Part shown: piece after piece, positions 15,751-25,006 of the stretch | Position numbering within the stretch: the stretch's first letter is position 1 | Layout of the letters: every line of letters starts with the position of its first letter | Source: Candidatus Hadarchaeota archaeon | GTDB lineage: Archaea > Hadarchaeota > Hadarchaeia > Hadarchaeales > Hadarchaeaceae | DNA length: 32,000 nucleotides | Assembly (NCBI GenBank): GCA_964514965.1 | Contig: CAZETV010000001.1 | Location: 663,063-695,062, forward strand | Direction: 5' to 3' | The notes under the pieces: model-generated | What the model was told of the DNA's origin: nothing | The model's input: the letters and a program-made list of their open reading frames with translations, nothing else | Database searches by the model: none | Position numbers and translations under genes: made by a program

Positions 15751-17487
15751 ATGACACGACCAAAACGAAATACCGTAGAACAAAAACAAATCGATACAGA
15801 TATCTTGATAATCGGTGGTGGCACAGCTGGATGCATGGCTGCCGTCGAGGCGAAGTGGCTAGACCCGAAACTCAAAGTTGTCATCATGGAGAAGGCCCAC
15901 ATCGACCGAAGCGGCTGTTTAGCTGGGGGAATGAACGCCATCAACGTTTACCTCCACCCCGGGGAAACTCCCGAAAGCTTTACCCGCTATGTGCGATGGC
16001 AAGCGATGGGACTCTGTCGTGAGGACCTCACCATCAGCATGATCAAGGAGGTCAACTCAGCGGTCAAGCGCGTCGAGGAGTGGGGGCTTCCCATCCTAAA
16101 AGATGAAAATGGGAACTACTCACGGCGGGGTCGATGGAACGTCAGGATTAACGGGGAAGCTCTCAAACTGATCCTCGCCGAAGCTGTAAAGAAGTCGAAG
16201 GTTACCACACTTAACCATACTGTCGCAACCAATTTCATTCTCGATGAGAACCGCGTGGCTGGGGCATTCGGCTTTAGCATTCGTGACAAAAAATTTTACG
16301 TCGTTAAAGCAAATGCCACCATCGTCGCCACTGGCGGCGCCTCCGGTATCTACCGCCCGAACAACCGAAGCGATGCCCACCACACAATGTGGTACTGCCC
16401 CTTCAACACGGGAGCTGGATATGCGATGGGTATCCGCGGGGGAGCCGAAATGACTAGTTTTGAAATGCGGTTCATAGCACTTCGCGTGAAAAACATTATC
16501 GCCCCCACGGGCACGCTCGCCTTAGGCTTCGGCGCGCCACAAGTCAATGCGAGGAGTGAACAATATATGAAAACGCGCTATGCTCACCTTGGCGGCGAGG
16601 GCGCCCCGACACCAATCCGAGTTTACGCTCCGACCCAGGAGGCAAAGGAAGGGAGGGGACCGTGCTACCTAGACACTCGTCACCTCAGCCAGGAGCGAGT
16701 CAGAGAACTCAAAGCCAGCTATCTCGACATGTACCCTCAGATGACCCTCTATCTCGCGGCGAACCGCATCGATCCGAGCAAGCAACCAATCGAGATTGCC
16801 GGCACCGAACCCTATGTGGTGGGTGGGCACTGCCAAGCTGGTTACTGGGTGGACGAAAACAGAAAGACCACTCTCAAGGGTCTCTTTGCGGCTGGCGATA
16901 TCGTTGGAGGAGTGCCCTACAAGTTCGTTTCGGGTTGCTGGGCGGAGGGCATTATCGCCACCCGCGCAGCTGTAGAATTTACTAGAGCGAACAAGCACGG
17001 AAAAATCGGCACCACACAAGTCAAACGTGAAATGGAGCGGGTCTACGCCCCTCTCAGAGATAAAAAAGCCAGTGGGGGCGTGCGACCGAGGGAGTTGGAA
17101 GAGGAACTACAAAAGGTGATGGACGAGTACGCTGGAGGTATAAGCACATTTTACGAGATGGATAAGAAGCGCCTTCTAGTCGCACACAGGATGCTCCAAA
17201 AACTAAAGAAACAAACCAAAAACTTGATTGCCAAGAACTTACATGAGCTTATGCTTGCCCACGATGTAATCGACCGAATCGAAGTGGCGCAGGTGTTGGT
17301 GAAACACTTAATCTTTAGAATGGAAACTCGATGGCCAGGGTACCAAACGAGGCTCGACCACCCGAAGCTCGACGATGAGAACTGGCTATGCTTCGCCAAC
17401 AGCCGACGCGACCCGAAGACCGGGGAGATTAAGGTGTTCAAAGTTCCTTACAAACAAATCGTATCAGGAGATCGATATAAACCGTGA
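15751..17487 (+). CDS. aprA: adenylylsulfate (APS/PAPS) reductase alpha-subunit-like flavoprotein
   Basis: DILIIGGGTAGCMAAVEA is the FAD fold. EKA.I.RSG, FYVVKA.ATIVATGGA and AAGDIVGG are colinear with Archaeoglobus AprA as I recall it. The neighbours are a 2x[4Fe-4S] subunit and sat. Confidence 0.8.
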   Translation: MTRPKRNTVEQKQIDTDILIIGGGTAGCMAAVEAKWLDPKLKVVIMEKAHIDRSGCLAGGMNAINVYLHPGETPESFTRYVRWQAMGLCREDLTISMIKEVNSAVKRVEEWGLPILKDENGNYSRRGRWNVRINGEALKLILAEAVKKSKVTTLNHTVATNFILDENRVAGAFGFSIRDKKFYVVKANATIVATGGASGIYRPNNRSDAHHTMWYCPFNTGAGYAMGIRGGAEMTSFEMRFIALRVKNIIAPTGTLALGFGAPQVNARSEQYMKTRYAHLGGEGAPTPIRVYAPTQEAKEGRGPCYLDTRHLSQERVRELKASYLDMYPQMTLYLAANRIDPSKQPIEIAGTEPYVVGGHCQAGYWVDENRKTTLKGLFAAGDIVGGVPYKFVSGCWAEGIIATRAAVEFTRANKHGKIGTTQVKREMERVYAPLRDKKASGGVRPRELEEELQKVMDEYAGGISTFYEMDKKRLLVAHRMLQKLKKQTKNLIAKNLHELMLAHDVIDRIEVAQVLVKHLIFRMETRWPGYQTRLDHPKLDDENWLCFANSRRDPKTGEIKVFKVPYKQIVSGDRYKP

Positions 17488-17496
17488 GGTGTTTGA

Positions 17497-17814
17497 ATGG
17501 CTGTCTTGATCGACGAGAAAAAGTGCACGGGTTGCGGGATCTGCGTGGAGCTTTGCCCAGGCGACTTGCTGGCTCTAGAACCGAAGTCGAAAAAAGCTTT
17601 CATCTGGGACAACTCTGACTGCTGGAATTGCTTGGTCTGTGTCAAACACTGCCCCGTGGACGCCATCACTCTCAAGCTCCCAAAATCGATTGCCCCCTAC
17701 GACGCCACACTCACACCAGAAATGAGGAAAGATAAAACCGTGTGGACCTTGACCGATGCCAGCGGCGAAATGGAAAAGTTTGAGATAAAAAGGAAATCTG
17801 CAGGAGGTGCTTGA
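17497..17814 (+). CDS. aprB: APS reductase beta-subunit-like 2x[4Fe-4S] ferredoxin (short form)
   Basis: It carries CTGCGICVELCP and CWNCLVCVKHCP. It is 105 aa and sits directly between the aprA-like gene and sat. Confidence 0.7.
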   Translation: MAVLIDEKKCTGCGICVELCPGDLLALEPKSKKAFIWDNSDCWNCLVCVKHCPVDAITLKLPKSIAPYDATLTPEMRKDKTVWTLTDASGEMEKFEIKRKSAGGA

Positions 17815-18963
17815 ATGGAGCTTGTCAATAGGGTTTTGACCAGCCAGAAAAGGATGAAGGTGTTGGAGGAGCTGAAAGAATACCCGTCCGTGATAGCGAG
17901 CGCCGAAATGATCATGGACGCCGAACTCATCGCCACGGGTGGCTATACTCCAATCGAAGGGTTCCTTACAAATGAGGATTTCGAAAGTGTCCTTGAGCAC
18001 ATGCACCTAGTCAACGGCTCACCTTGGACCATTCCCATTGTTCTACCCGTCGATGAAAAAATAGCGGGCGGGCTCAAGGAAGGAGATGATGTAGTTCTAC
18101 TGGATAGTGCAAAAAATTCAATCGCCGTGCTTCACTTGAAGGAAAAATTCAAGTACGACAAAAAGCGCATGGTTCAGAAAATCTTCCGTACCGCCGATGA
18201 AAAACATCCTGGAGTTGCAGCGATTTACGGCTGGGGAGATTTCCTATTAGGTGGAGAAATTGATCTAGTCAACCGCCCAAAACATGTCTTCGAGCGATAC
18301 AACTTAGACCCTGCACAGACGAGGAAAGAGTTCAAGGAGAGGGGGTGGCGCACCGTTGTCGGATTCCAGACCCGCAACCCCATCCACCGCTCACACGAGT
18401 ACCTCCAGAAGTGTGCCCTTGAAGTCGTAGACGGGTTGTTCATCCATCCAATTGTTGGTTGGACGCGAAAGGGAGATGTGCCAGCTGAGGTGCGAATTGA
18501 AAGCTACGAGATAGTTTTGAACAACTACTATCCGCGCAACCGATTCCTGCTGGCGACGCTCTCGACTGCGATGAGGTACGCCGGGCCTAGGGAAGCGATT
18601 TTCCACGCGCTCGTACGGAAGAACTTCGGCTGCACTCACTTTATCGTCGGTCGCGACCACGCCGGGGTTGGGGATTATTACGACCCCTATGACGCTCAGC
18701 GAATCTTTTATGAATTCAAGGAAGGAGAACTCGGTATAACTCCAATGTTCTTTGAAAATGCATTTTTCTGCGTGTTGTGCGACGCGATGGCAACCAAGAA
18801 AACTTGTCCGCATCTGAAGAGCACACGAATAGCTCTCAGTGGCACGAAAGTGAGAGAACTCTTGCTTGAAGATAAACGAATCTCAGAAAAGGTAGTCCGC
18901 CCCGAAGTAGCAGAACTTTTGGCAGAGCATTATGCTATCGAGAAATCCAAAGGGGCGAGATAG
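17815..18963 (+). CDS. sat: sulfate adenylyltransferase (ATP sulfurylase)
   Basis: GFQTRNPIHRSHEYL and HFIVGRDHAGVG are the signature motifs. Confidence 0.92.
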   Translation: MELVNRVLTSQKRMKVLEELKEYPSVIASAEMIMDAELIATGGYTPIEGFLTNEDFESVLEHMHLVNGSPWTIPIVLPVDEKIAGGLKEGDDVVLLDSAKNSIAVLHLKEKFKYDKKRMVQKIFRTADEKHPGVAAIYGWGDFLLGGEIDLVNRPKHVFERYNLDPAQTRKEFKERGWRTVVGFQTRNPIHRSHEYLQKCALEVVDGLFIHPIVGWTRKGDVPAEVRIESYEIVLNNYYPRNRFLLATLSTAMRYAGPREAIFHALVRKNFGCTHFIVGRDHAGVGDYYDPYDAQRIFYEFKEGELGITPMFFENAFFCVLCDAMATKKTCPHLKSTRIALSGTKVRELLLEDKRISEKVVRPEVAELLAEHYAIEKSKGAR

Positions 18964-18964
18964 G

Positions 18965-19405
18965 ATGTACCTCCCGCTCCACATTAACCTGCGCGGGAAG
19001 AAAGTTTTGATCATCGGGTTGGGTAAGGTCGGGAAAAGGCGTGCTGAGAAATTGTTAAAAGCCGGCGCAAGCGTTACAGCCATTGATCGAAGGAAGGTGC
19101 GAGTCAAAAAAGGCGTGAGATTTATTCAAAAAAGTTTGCGGCGGAATGATATCCCATCCCTCAAAAAATATTTTCTTGTCGTGGCTTCCACCGATGATAA
19201 AAAATTGAACGCTGCTATCGCAAGAAACGCTAAACGAGAAGGTTGCTTAATTAACCGTGCTGACCTCTTTAAAAATGGGAATATACTCTTTCCAGCCGTT
19301 GTCAAAACGGGTGCGGGCATCATATCTTTCGCGACAATCGGAAGGAACCCGCGGCTGTCAAAGCAAATCAAGAAGGCGCTCAAACATGAGCTTCCCAAGA
19401 GCTAG
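18965..19405 (+). CDS. sirC: precorrin-2 dehydrogenase (SirC / CysG N-terminal type), short form
   Basis: LPLHINLRGKKVLIIGLGKVGKRRAEKLLKAGASVTAI is the NAD fold of siroheme synthase N-domains. ATG 18965 lies 1 nt after the sat stop. Confidence 0.7.
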   Translation: MYLPLHINLRGKKVLIIGLGKVGKRRAEKLLKAGASVTAIDRRKVRVKKGVRFIQKSLRRNDIPSLKKYFLVVASTDDKKLNAAIARNAKREGCLINRADLFKNGNILFPAVVKTGAGIISFATIGRNPRLSKQIKKALKHELPKS

Positions 19406-20381
19406 ACTGAGAAGATTAAGAAAAAGCGAAAAGATACGCGAGTTGGTAAGCGGGATTTCTCTCAACAAGCATGATTTTGTGTACCCAGTTTTCGTGAAGG
19501 AAGGATTGACTAGCAGAAGCGAGATACGCAGTATGCCCGGACAGTATCATCACTCACTGCGCGAATTGGGCAAATTCGCCGAGGAATGCGAAACCAATGG
19601 GGTGCTGGGAATGCTTATCTTCGGGACCCCAAGAAAAAAAGACATCTGCGGGAGCGGGGCGTACAATGTAAACGGGATTGCGCAAAGAGCCATCAAACGC
19701 GTGAAGGAAAAATCTGAACTCGTTGTCTTCACGGATGTTTGCCTCTGCCAGTACACGACGCACGGTCATTGCGGAGTGCTTACGAAACAGGGAATTGATA
19801 ACGATCGCACGCTCAGGCTCCTAGCCAAAACTGCTGTATCCCATGCTCGCGCTGGAGCAGATTTCGTCGCCCCTTCGAGCATGATGGATGGGCAAGTGAA
19901 GACAATTCGTGATGCCTTAGATGCAAGCGGGTTCAAGGATGTGGGGATAATGAGTTATTCCACCAAGTTCGCCAGCTCCTTTTATGGGCCATTTCGAGAA
20001 GTGGTTGAGAGCAACCCGAAGCGCGTGCAGGGTTTGCCCTACCTCGCTGACCGAAGCACTTATCAAATGGACTTCCGGTCGCTTGAGCAAGCGATGCGCG
20101 AAATTTCGCTCGACGTGGAAGAGGGCGCAGATATCACCATGATAAAACCCGCTTTGCCCTACCTCGATGTGATCTGTGAAGCTAAGCGAAGGTTCGACCT
20201 ACCGTTGGCCGCTTATCAGGTAAGTGGAGAGTATGCGATGATAAAGCTGGCGTGCTTGCGCGGACTGCTTGACGAAAGACGAGCCTTCCTCGAAACTCTG
20301 ACCTCGATCAAGCGAGCCGGCGCAAATTTTATCATAACTTATGCTGCACTTGACGCTGCTCGGTGGTTAAGTGAGAGTTAG
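19386..20381 (+). CDS. hemB: porphobilinogen synthase (ALA dehydratase), Zn-type
   Basis: The N-terminus is MSFPRARLRRLR. DVCLCQYTTHGHCG is the Cys-rich Zn site. ATG 19386 overlaps the sirC end. Confidence 0.9.
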   Translation: MSFPRARLRRLRKSEKIRELVSGISLNKHDFVYPVFVKEGLTSRSEIRSMPGQYHHSLRELGKFAEECETNGVLGMLIFGTPRKKDICGSGAYNVNGIAQRAIKRVKEKSELVVFTDVCLCQYTTHGHCGVLTKQGIDNDRTLRLLAKTAVSHARAGADFVAPSSMMDGQVKTIRDALDASGFKDVGIMSYSTKFASSFYGPFREVVESNPKRVQGLPYLADRSTYQMDFRSLEQAMREISLDVEEGADITMIKPALPYLDVICEAKRRFDLPLAAYQVSGEYAMIKLACLRGLLDERRAFLETLTSIKRAGANFIITYAALDAARWLSES

Positions 20382-21222
20382 GGTTGGCACGCGGGGTAGT
20401 AAGCTAGCAATTCTGCAGACCCGAAGAGTGATAGAAAAAATGAAAACTGTGATTCCCAACCTTAAGGAAGAAATTAAGATAATCAAAACCAGCAGAGATT
20501 TGCGGCGAATTAAGATCAATTCAGGAGTTTTCGTGAATGAGATAAATCGAGCGGTGCTTCGGGGAAAAATTGATATTGGTGTTCATAGCCTCAAAGACCT
20601 GCCAACAAGAGTACCCCAAGGTCTTTCACTTGCCTGTGTGCCCGAGCGGCTTGCCCCAAACGATGCCCTCATCTCGCGCGGTGGTACCGGCCTTTACAGC
20701 CTGCCTAATGGAGCGGTGCTTGGAACTTCAAGCCCCCGGAGGAAAGCTGAAATCATCCACCTTCGTCCCGACCTGAAGTTCAAGGACATCCACGGTAACA
20801 TCGACACCCGCATCCGAAAAATGGAGGAGGGATCCTATGATGGAATAATCGTCGCCCTCGCCGCTCTCCAGAGATGCGGTCTTCAGAAACTGGTGACTCA
20901 GCGCTTTGAACTAGACGAAATAGTACCCACGGCTGGCCAAGGAGCACTTGGGGTCGTTTGCAAACGAGACAGAGATTTTCTCGATAAAATATCGCAAATC
21001 AACGATGATGTAGCTTGGCGTGAAACGATGTGCGAGCGCACCTTCATGGAGAAACTAAGATTCGATTGCAAAACGCCTGCTGGAGCTGTTGCAAGGTTAA
21101 TGGATGGTGAAATCGAGCTGATAGTCGTTATTCATAAAAACGGCAGGCAATTGCTGAAGCTAAGAGGGCAAGACCCTAAAAATCTCGGAATAAAAGCAGC
21201 GAAGATGGTATCGAAGAGGTGA
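20371..21222 (+). CDS. hemC: hydroxymethylbilane synthase (porphobilinogen deaminase)
   Basis: The N-terminus is RVGTRGSKLAILQT, with HSLKDLPT further in. The GTG start overlaps the hemB end. Confidence 0.9.
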   Translation: MRVRVGTRGSKLAILQTRRVIEKMKTVIPNLKEEIKIIKTSRDLRRIKINSGVFVNEINRAVLRGKIDIGVHSLKDLPTRVPQGLSLACVPERLAPNDALISRGGTGLYSLPNGAVLGTSSPRRKAEIIHLRPDLKFKDIHGNIDTRIRKMEEGSYDGIIVALAALQRCGLQKLVTQRFELDEIVPTAGQGALGVVCKRDRDFLDKISQINDDVAWRETMCERTFMEKLRFDCKTPAGAVARLMDGEIELIVVIHKNGRQLLKLRGQDPKNLGIKAAKMVSKR

Positions 21223-21241
21223 TATAATACATAACATCCGC

Positions 21242-22330
21242 TTGACCCATAAGGAAGTTGGTGTCGAAAAGATCCCTGAAGCGGGGCGTGCCATCAGAAA
21301 TTTTGTCGTCACTCAGTCCATCGGCGATTATGTTGTTATACAAACTTGCAACCGAGCAGAGTTGTACTATCTTGATAGCACTTCTCAATCGCCTGATGGT
21401 TTCGTGTTCGAAAGCGGAACCGAGGCATTTCGACACCTTTTACGAGTAGCATGTGGTTTGGAATCGTTTGTCATAGGAGAAACGGAAATCCTAAATCAAA
21501 TCAAAAAGGCTTTCGTGCTCGCCAGAAAAGAAAAGCATTGTTCAAGGAAACTTGCGAAGTATTTTATGAATGCAATTAAAGTCGGGAGAAAAGCCAGAAA
21601 ACTTACAAAAATAAGTGTTGGTAAAGTGAGCACAGTCTCACTCGCACTTGAGTATGTCCAAGACTTGCTCGGCGATTTAACAAGAAAAAAATTTTTGGTG
21701 GTTGGAGCAGGCGAAACAGGCACAAAAGTTGCAAGGGCCCTCAAAAACATGAACGTTAAAAAAATGTTAATATCAAATCGTAACTATTACAAGGCTTTAA
21801 GATTATCTCGAGAAATAGCTGGTTCGGCCTATCATCTCTCGCGATTGAAAGACCTACTCAGAAAAGTGGATGTGGTCTTCTGTGCAACGAGTGCACCCCA
21901 CCCAATACTTACTAAAAATAAAATTGAAGTGGCTAAACAAGAAATTATACTTGTAGACCTTTCAGTTCCACGAAATGTTGAAGAATCGATACGAGAGCTT
22001 GAAAATGTTAAACTAATTTCCTTTCGAGACCTTACCGAGAAATCTAACAGAAATATGAGTGAACGGAGAAAAGAAATTAGAAAAGTTGAGGAAATCATAG
22101 ACTCTGAGCTCGCTAATAGAGATAATTTACGTGAACTTTACATTCACGCCGAACGAATAAGGAAAAAAGAGGTGAAAAAAGCTTTGCGTTTATTGACTAC
22201 CAAAGATTCCGAAGAAGTTATCGAGGGGCTGAGCAAATCCCTCGTCAAAAAGTTGTATTACCCTTTGAGAAAACGTGCCACGAAAATTGAAATTACCACA
22301 AGAACTGCTGGAAAAACGCGAAAAAAGTGA
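21242..22330 (+). CDS. hemA: glutamyl-tRNA reductase
   Basis: IQTCNRAELYY contains the catalytic Cys motif. VVGAGETGTKVARAL is the NADPH fold. It has a TTG start and a short N-terminus, and it is AT-rich. Confidence 0.85.
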   Translation: MTHKEVGVEKIPEAGRAIRNFVVTQSIGDYVVIQTCNRAELYYLDSTSQSPDGFVFESGTEAFRHLLRVACGLESFVIGETEILNQIKKAFVLARKEKHCSRKLAKYFMNAIKVGRKARKLTKISVGKVSTVSLALEYVQDLLGDLTRKKFLVVGAGETGTKVARALKNMNVKKMLISNRNYYKALRLSREIAGSAYHLSRLKDLLRKVDVVFCATSAPHPILTKNKIEVAKQEIILVDLSVPRNVEESIRELENVKLISFRDLTEKSNRNMSERRKEIRKVEEIIDSELANRDNLRELYIHAERIRKKEVKKALRLLTTKDSEEVIEGLSKSLVKKLYYPLRKRATKIEITTRTAGKTRKK

Positions 22331-23748
22331 AAAATATGGAAAAGAAAAAATTTGGTAAAGTGTATCTAGTTGGCTGTGGTCCAAGTAGTCCGGACCTTCT
22401 AACTCTTCGCGCCATTAAAATTCTGAAGAAAGCCGACGTAGTCTTTTATGACCGCCTCATAGACTCGACTGTTTTAAAATATGCTAGGAGAGCGAGGAAG
22501 GTGTATAGTGGAAAACACGGTGGTGAAGCGTGGAAACAGATTTATTTAAATAAACGCCTTTATCGAGAGGCTAAAAAGGGGAAAGTTGTTGTACGTCTTA
22601 AAAACGGCGACCCTTTTATTTTCGGTCGAGGGGGTGAGGAACTCCAGTATCTCCAGGGACGTGGCATCGAGGTAGAAGTCGTTCCCGGGCTTTCCTCAGC
22701 TCTCGTGTTGCCGGGAATTGCAAAAATTCCGTTAACCAAGCGAGATGTGTCTTCAAGCCTGACCATCGTGAGCGGTCGTGGGGCGGGCGGTAGGAAACCA
22801 CGCTGGAGCGGATTAGGCAACACGGTAGTCGTATTGATGCCCCTTGAGAATTTGGGCTGGATAATCCGTAGGCTTCTCTCAGGAGGCAAAAATAGGATGA
22901 AACCTTGCGCGCTGATAAGCAGTGGGACGATGACAGAAGAACGAATATTTGTATCAACTCTAGACAAAATTGCTGACGCTGCGGAGCGCCTTAGGTTCAA
23001 ACCGCCAGCAGTTTTTGTTGCTGGAGAGGTCGTTGGCGCCCTGCTCGACTTCAGAGGGCGACGTGTAGCAGCTTTCAGAGCGAGCAACGAGATAAAGCGG
23101 ACCGAGAGACTGATTAAACGCACCGGTGGCGCCCCTAACGTCTTCGAGATATGTGATATCAATCCGGCCGATGGTACTCTAAAGCGGGCTAGTAAGCAGA
23201 AATGGGAGGCGCTTGTCTTCATGAGCACCAATGGGGTTCGATCGGGAGCAAAGTTCTTTGACTTAAAAACATGCGTAACCATCGCAGTCGGTAATAGGAC
23301 GAAACGGGAACTCGAGCGCTTCGGTTGCAAGTCCATTATTGTTCCAAGAAAACAGAATGTGAAAAGTGTGGAAAAACTCTTGAAAGAGCAAAAGTGGCGT
23401 ACGGTTCTAGCCCTCAGATCTCCGTTGGCTAAGGGCAAGCTTGCGAGCGCCGTCAATATCCCTGCTTACCATATCAAGTTCAAAAACCTTACCCGAACCG
23501 TAAACAGTTATATCAAAACAAAGGATGATTTCACCCTCCTGACGAGTGCTGGACTGCTCGAGCACTTACTGAAAGCGGCGGACAAACTCGGGCTCAGGCA
23601 GGACTTCGTGCGAAAAATGAATCGAACCTTTGTCATTTCGCTAGGCGAAAACATAACCAAATGCGCGTTGGGGAATGGCATCAAGGTAAACCACGAGCCC
23701 GAACATCCGACCCTTGATTCGCTCTTCAGAAGAGGTGGAATTAGATGA
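22327..23748 (+). CDS. cobA: uroporphyrinogen-III C-methyltransferase fused to uroporphyrinogen-III synthase (CobA-HemD)
   Basis: VYLVGCGPSSPDLLTLRAIKILKKADVVFYDRL is the SUMT N-terminus. A ~230-aa C-terminal extension has HemD-like length and position. The GTG start overlaps the hemA stop. Confidence 0.8.
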   Translation: MKNMEKKKFGKVYLVGCGPSSPDLLTLRAIKILKKADVVFYDRLIDSTVLKYARRARKVYSGKHGGEAWKQIYLNKRLYREAKKGKVVVRLKNGDPFIFGRGGEELQYLQGRGIEVEVVPGLSSALVLPGIAKIPLTKRDVSSSLTIVSGRGAGGRKPRWSGLGNTVVVLMPLENLGWIIRRLLSGGKNRMKPCALISSGTMTEERIFVSTLDKIADAAERLRFKPPAVFVAGEVVGALLDFRGRRVAAFRASNEIKRTERLIKRTGGAPNVFEICDINPADGTLKRASKQKWEALVFMSTNGVRSGAKFFDLKTCVTIAVGNRTKRELERFGCKSIIVPRKQNVKSVEKLLKEQKWRTVLALRSPLAKGKLASAVNIPAYHIKFKNLTRTVNSYIKTKDDFTLLTSAGLLEHLLKAADKLGLRQDFVRKMNRTFVISLGENITKCALGNGIKVNHEPEHPTLDSLFRRGGIR

Positions 23749-25001
23749 GGTCTCGCTCGCGTCGGCTTTACGAGAGGGCGAAGCGTTTGCTGCCGGGAGG
23801 TGTTGACAGCCCTGTGCGTACATTCGAGCCTCATCCATTCTTCATCGAGCGGGGCGAGGGTTCAAAAATTCGTGATGTCGATGGCAACGAGTATGTGGAT
23901 TATTGCTTAGCCTATGGCCCCCTGATTCTTGGGCATCAACCACCAAGTGTGATGAAGGCAGTCAAGAAGCAAATTCAGAGAGGGATCCTCTTCGGCATCC
24001 CGAGCGAGCTTGAACTTGAGCTAGCAGAAAAAATTACTAAACACGTTCCATGCGCGGATATGGTGCGATTCGTAAACTCTGGAACCGAGGCGACGACGAG
24101 CGTCGTGAGGCTAGCGCGGGCCTACACCAACCGGGAAAATATACTCATCTTCGACGGCTGCTATCACGGGGCTAACGACCACTTTCTATTTGGAAAAAAG
24201 GGGCCGAAGAGCCCAGGTATCCCACACATGCTCAGGCGGAACACCCTTGTGGCCTCGTTTAACGACCTCACGAGTGTTGAAAAAATCGCGAGAAAAAACG
24301 AGCTCGCGGCAATTATTGTTGAACCGGTGATGGGTAACCTAGGGTGCATCCAACCAGCGGAGGGTTTCCTGAAGGGGCTACGGGAGATTTGCGATGAGCA
24401 CGGGGCGCTGTTGATATTCGACGAGGTGATTACCGGCTTCAGGCTGGCTCTCGGTGGTGCCCAAGAGTTTTTCAACGTTGTACCTGAACTCGCTACCTTA
24501 GGAAAAATCATTGGAGGAGGCTTCCCAATCGGTGCATTTGTTGGTAATGCTGAAATTATGGAGCTGGTAGCACCTGCTGGCAAGGTTTACCATGCTGGAA
24601 CTTTCTGCGGACACCCGGTCGCCATGGCTGCCGGGTTAGCCACCATTAAAACGCTAGAGAGGAAGAAAGCGATCGAGCGAGCGTGTAACTTTGCCCGCAA
24701 GTTGGCAGATACCTTAAGGCGCGAGCTCGAGCTACCCGTGAATCAAGTTGCGTCGATGTTTCAAGTGTTCTTCACTGAAGGAAATGTCAGCTCAGCCGAT
24801 GACGCTAGGAAGTGCGATAAAGAGGCGTTTATGCGATTTCACTGCGCTTTGCTAAAAAATGGTGTCTTCGCCACGCCCTCGCAGTTCGAGTGCTGGTTTA
24901 CCTCTGCCGCGCATACGAAAGATGATTTCGAAATTACGAAAAAAGCGATAACCATTGCTTCTAACGAAATTTTTAAAACAATGAACTCAAAATGTGGGTG
25001 A
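23745..25001 (+). CDS. hemL: glutamate-1-semialdehyde 2,1-aminomutase
   Basis: It carries LLPGGVDSPVR, NSGTEAT and FDEVITGFR. The ATGA start overlaps the upstream gene. Confidence 0.92.
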   Translation: MRSRSRRLYERAKRLLPGGVDSPVRTFEPHPFFIERGEGSKIRDVDGNEYVDYCLAYGPLILGHQPPSVMKAVKKQIQRGILFGIPSELELELAEKITKHVPCADMVRFVNSGTEATTSVVRLARAYTNRENILIFDGCYHGANDHFLFGKKGPKSPGIPHMLRRNTLVASFNDLTSVEKIARKNELAAIIVEPVMGNLGCIQPAEGFLKGLREICDEHGALLIFDEVITGFRLALGGAQEFFNVVPELATLGKIIGGGFPIGAFVGNAEIMELVAPAGKVYHAGTFCGHPVAMAAGLATIKTLERKKAIERACNFARKLADTLRRELELPVNQVASMFQVFFTEGNVSSADDARKCDKEAFMRFHCALLKNGVFATPSQFECWFTSAAHTKDDFEITKKAITIASNEIFKTMNSKCG

Positions 25002-25006
25002 TTTGA

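Noticed and set aside
15459-16022. 187-aa plus-strand ORF bridging the DUF81 and aprA-like genes
   Set aside because: It is an alternative frame of two well-supported genes. Its Arg/His/Trp-rich composition is not protein-like.
22560-23456. 298-aa minus-strand ORF
   Set aside because: It is antisense to the CobA-HemD gene, whose SUMT motifs are unambiguous. The translation is Arg/Ser/Pro-rich with no recognisable motif.
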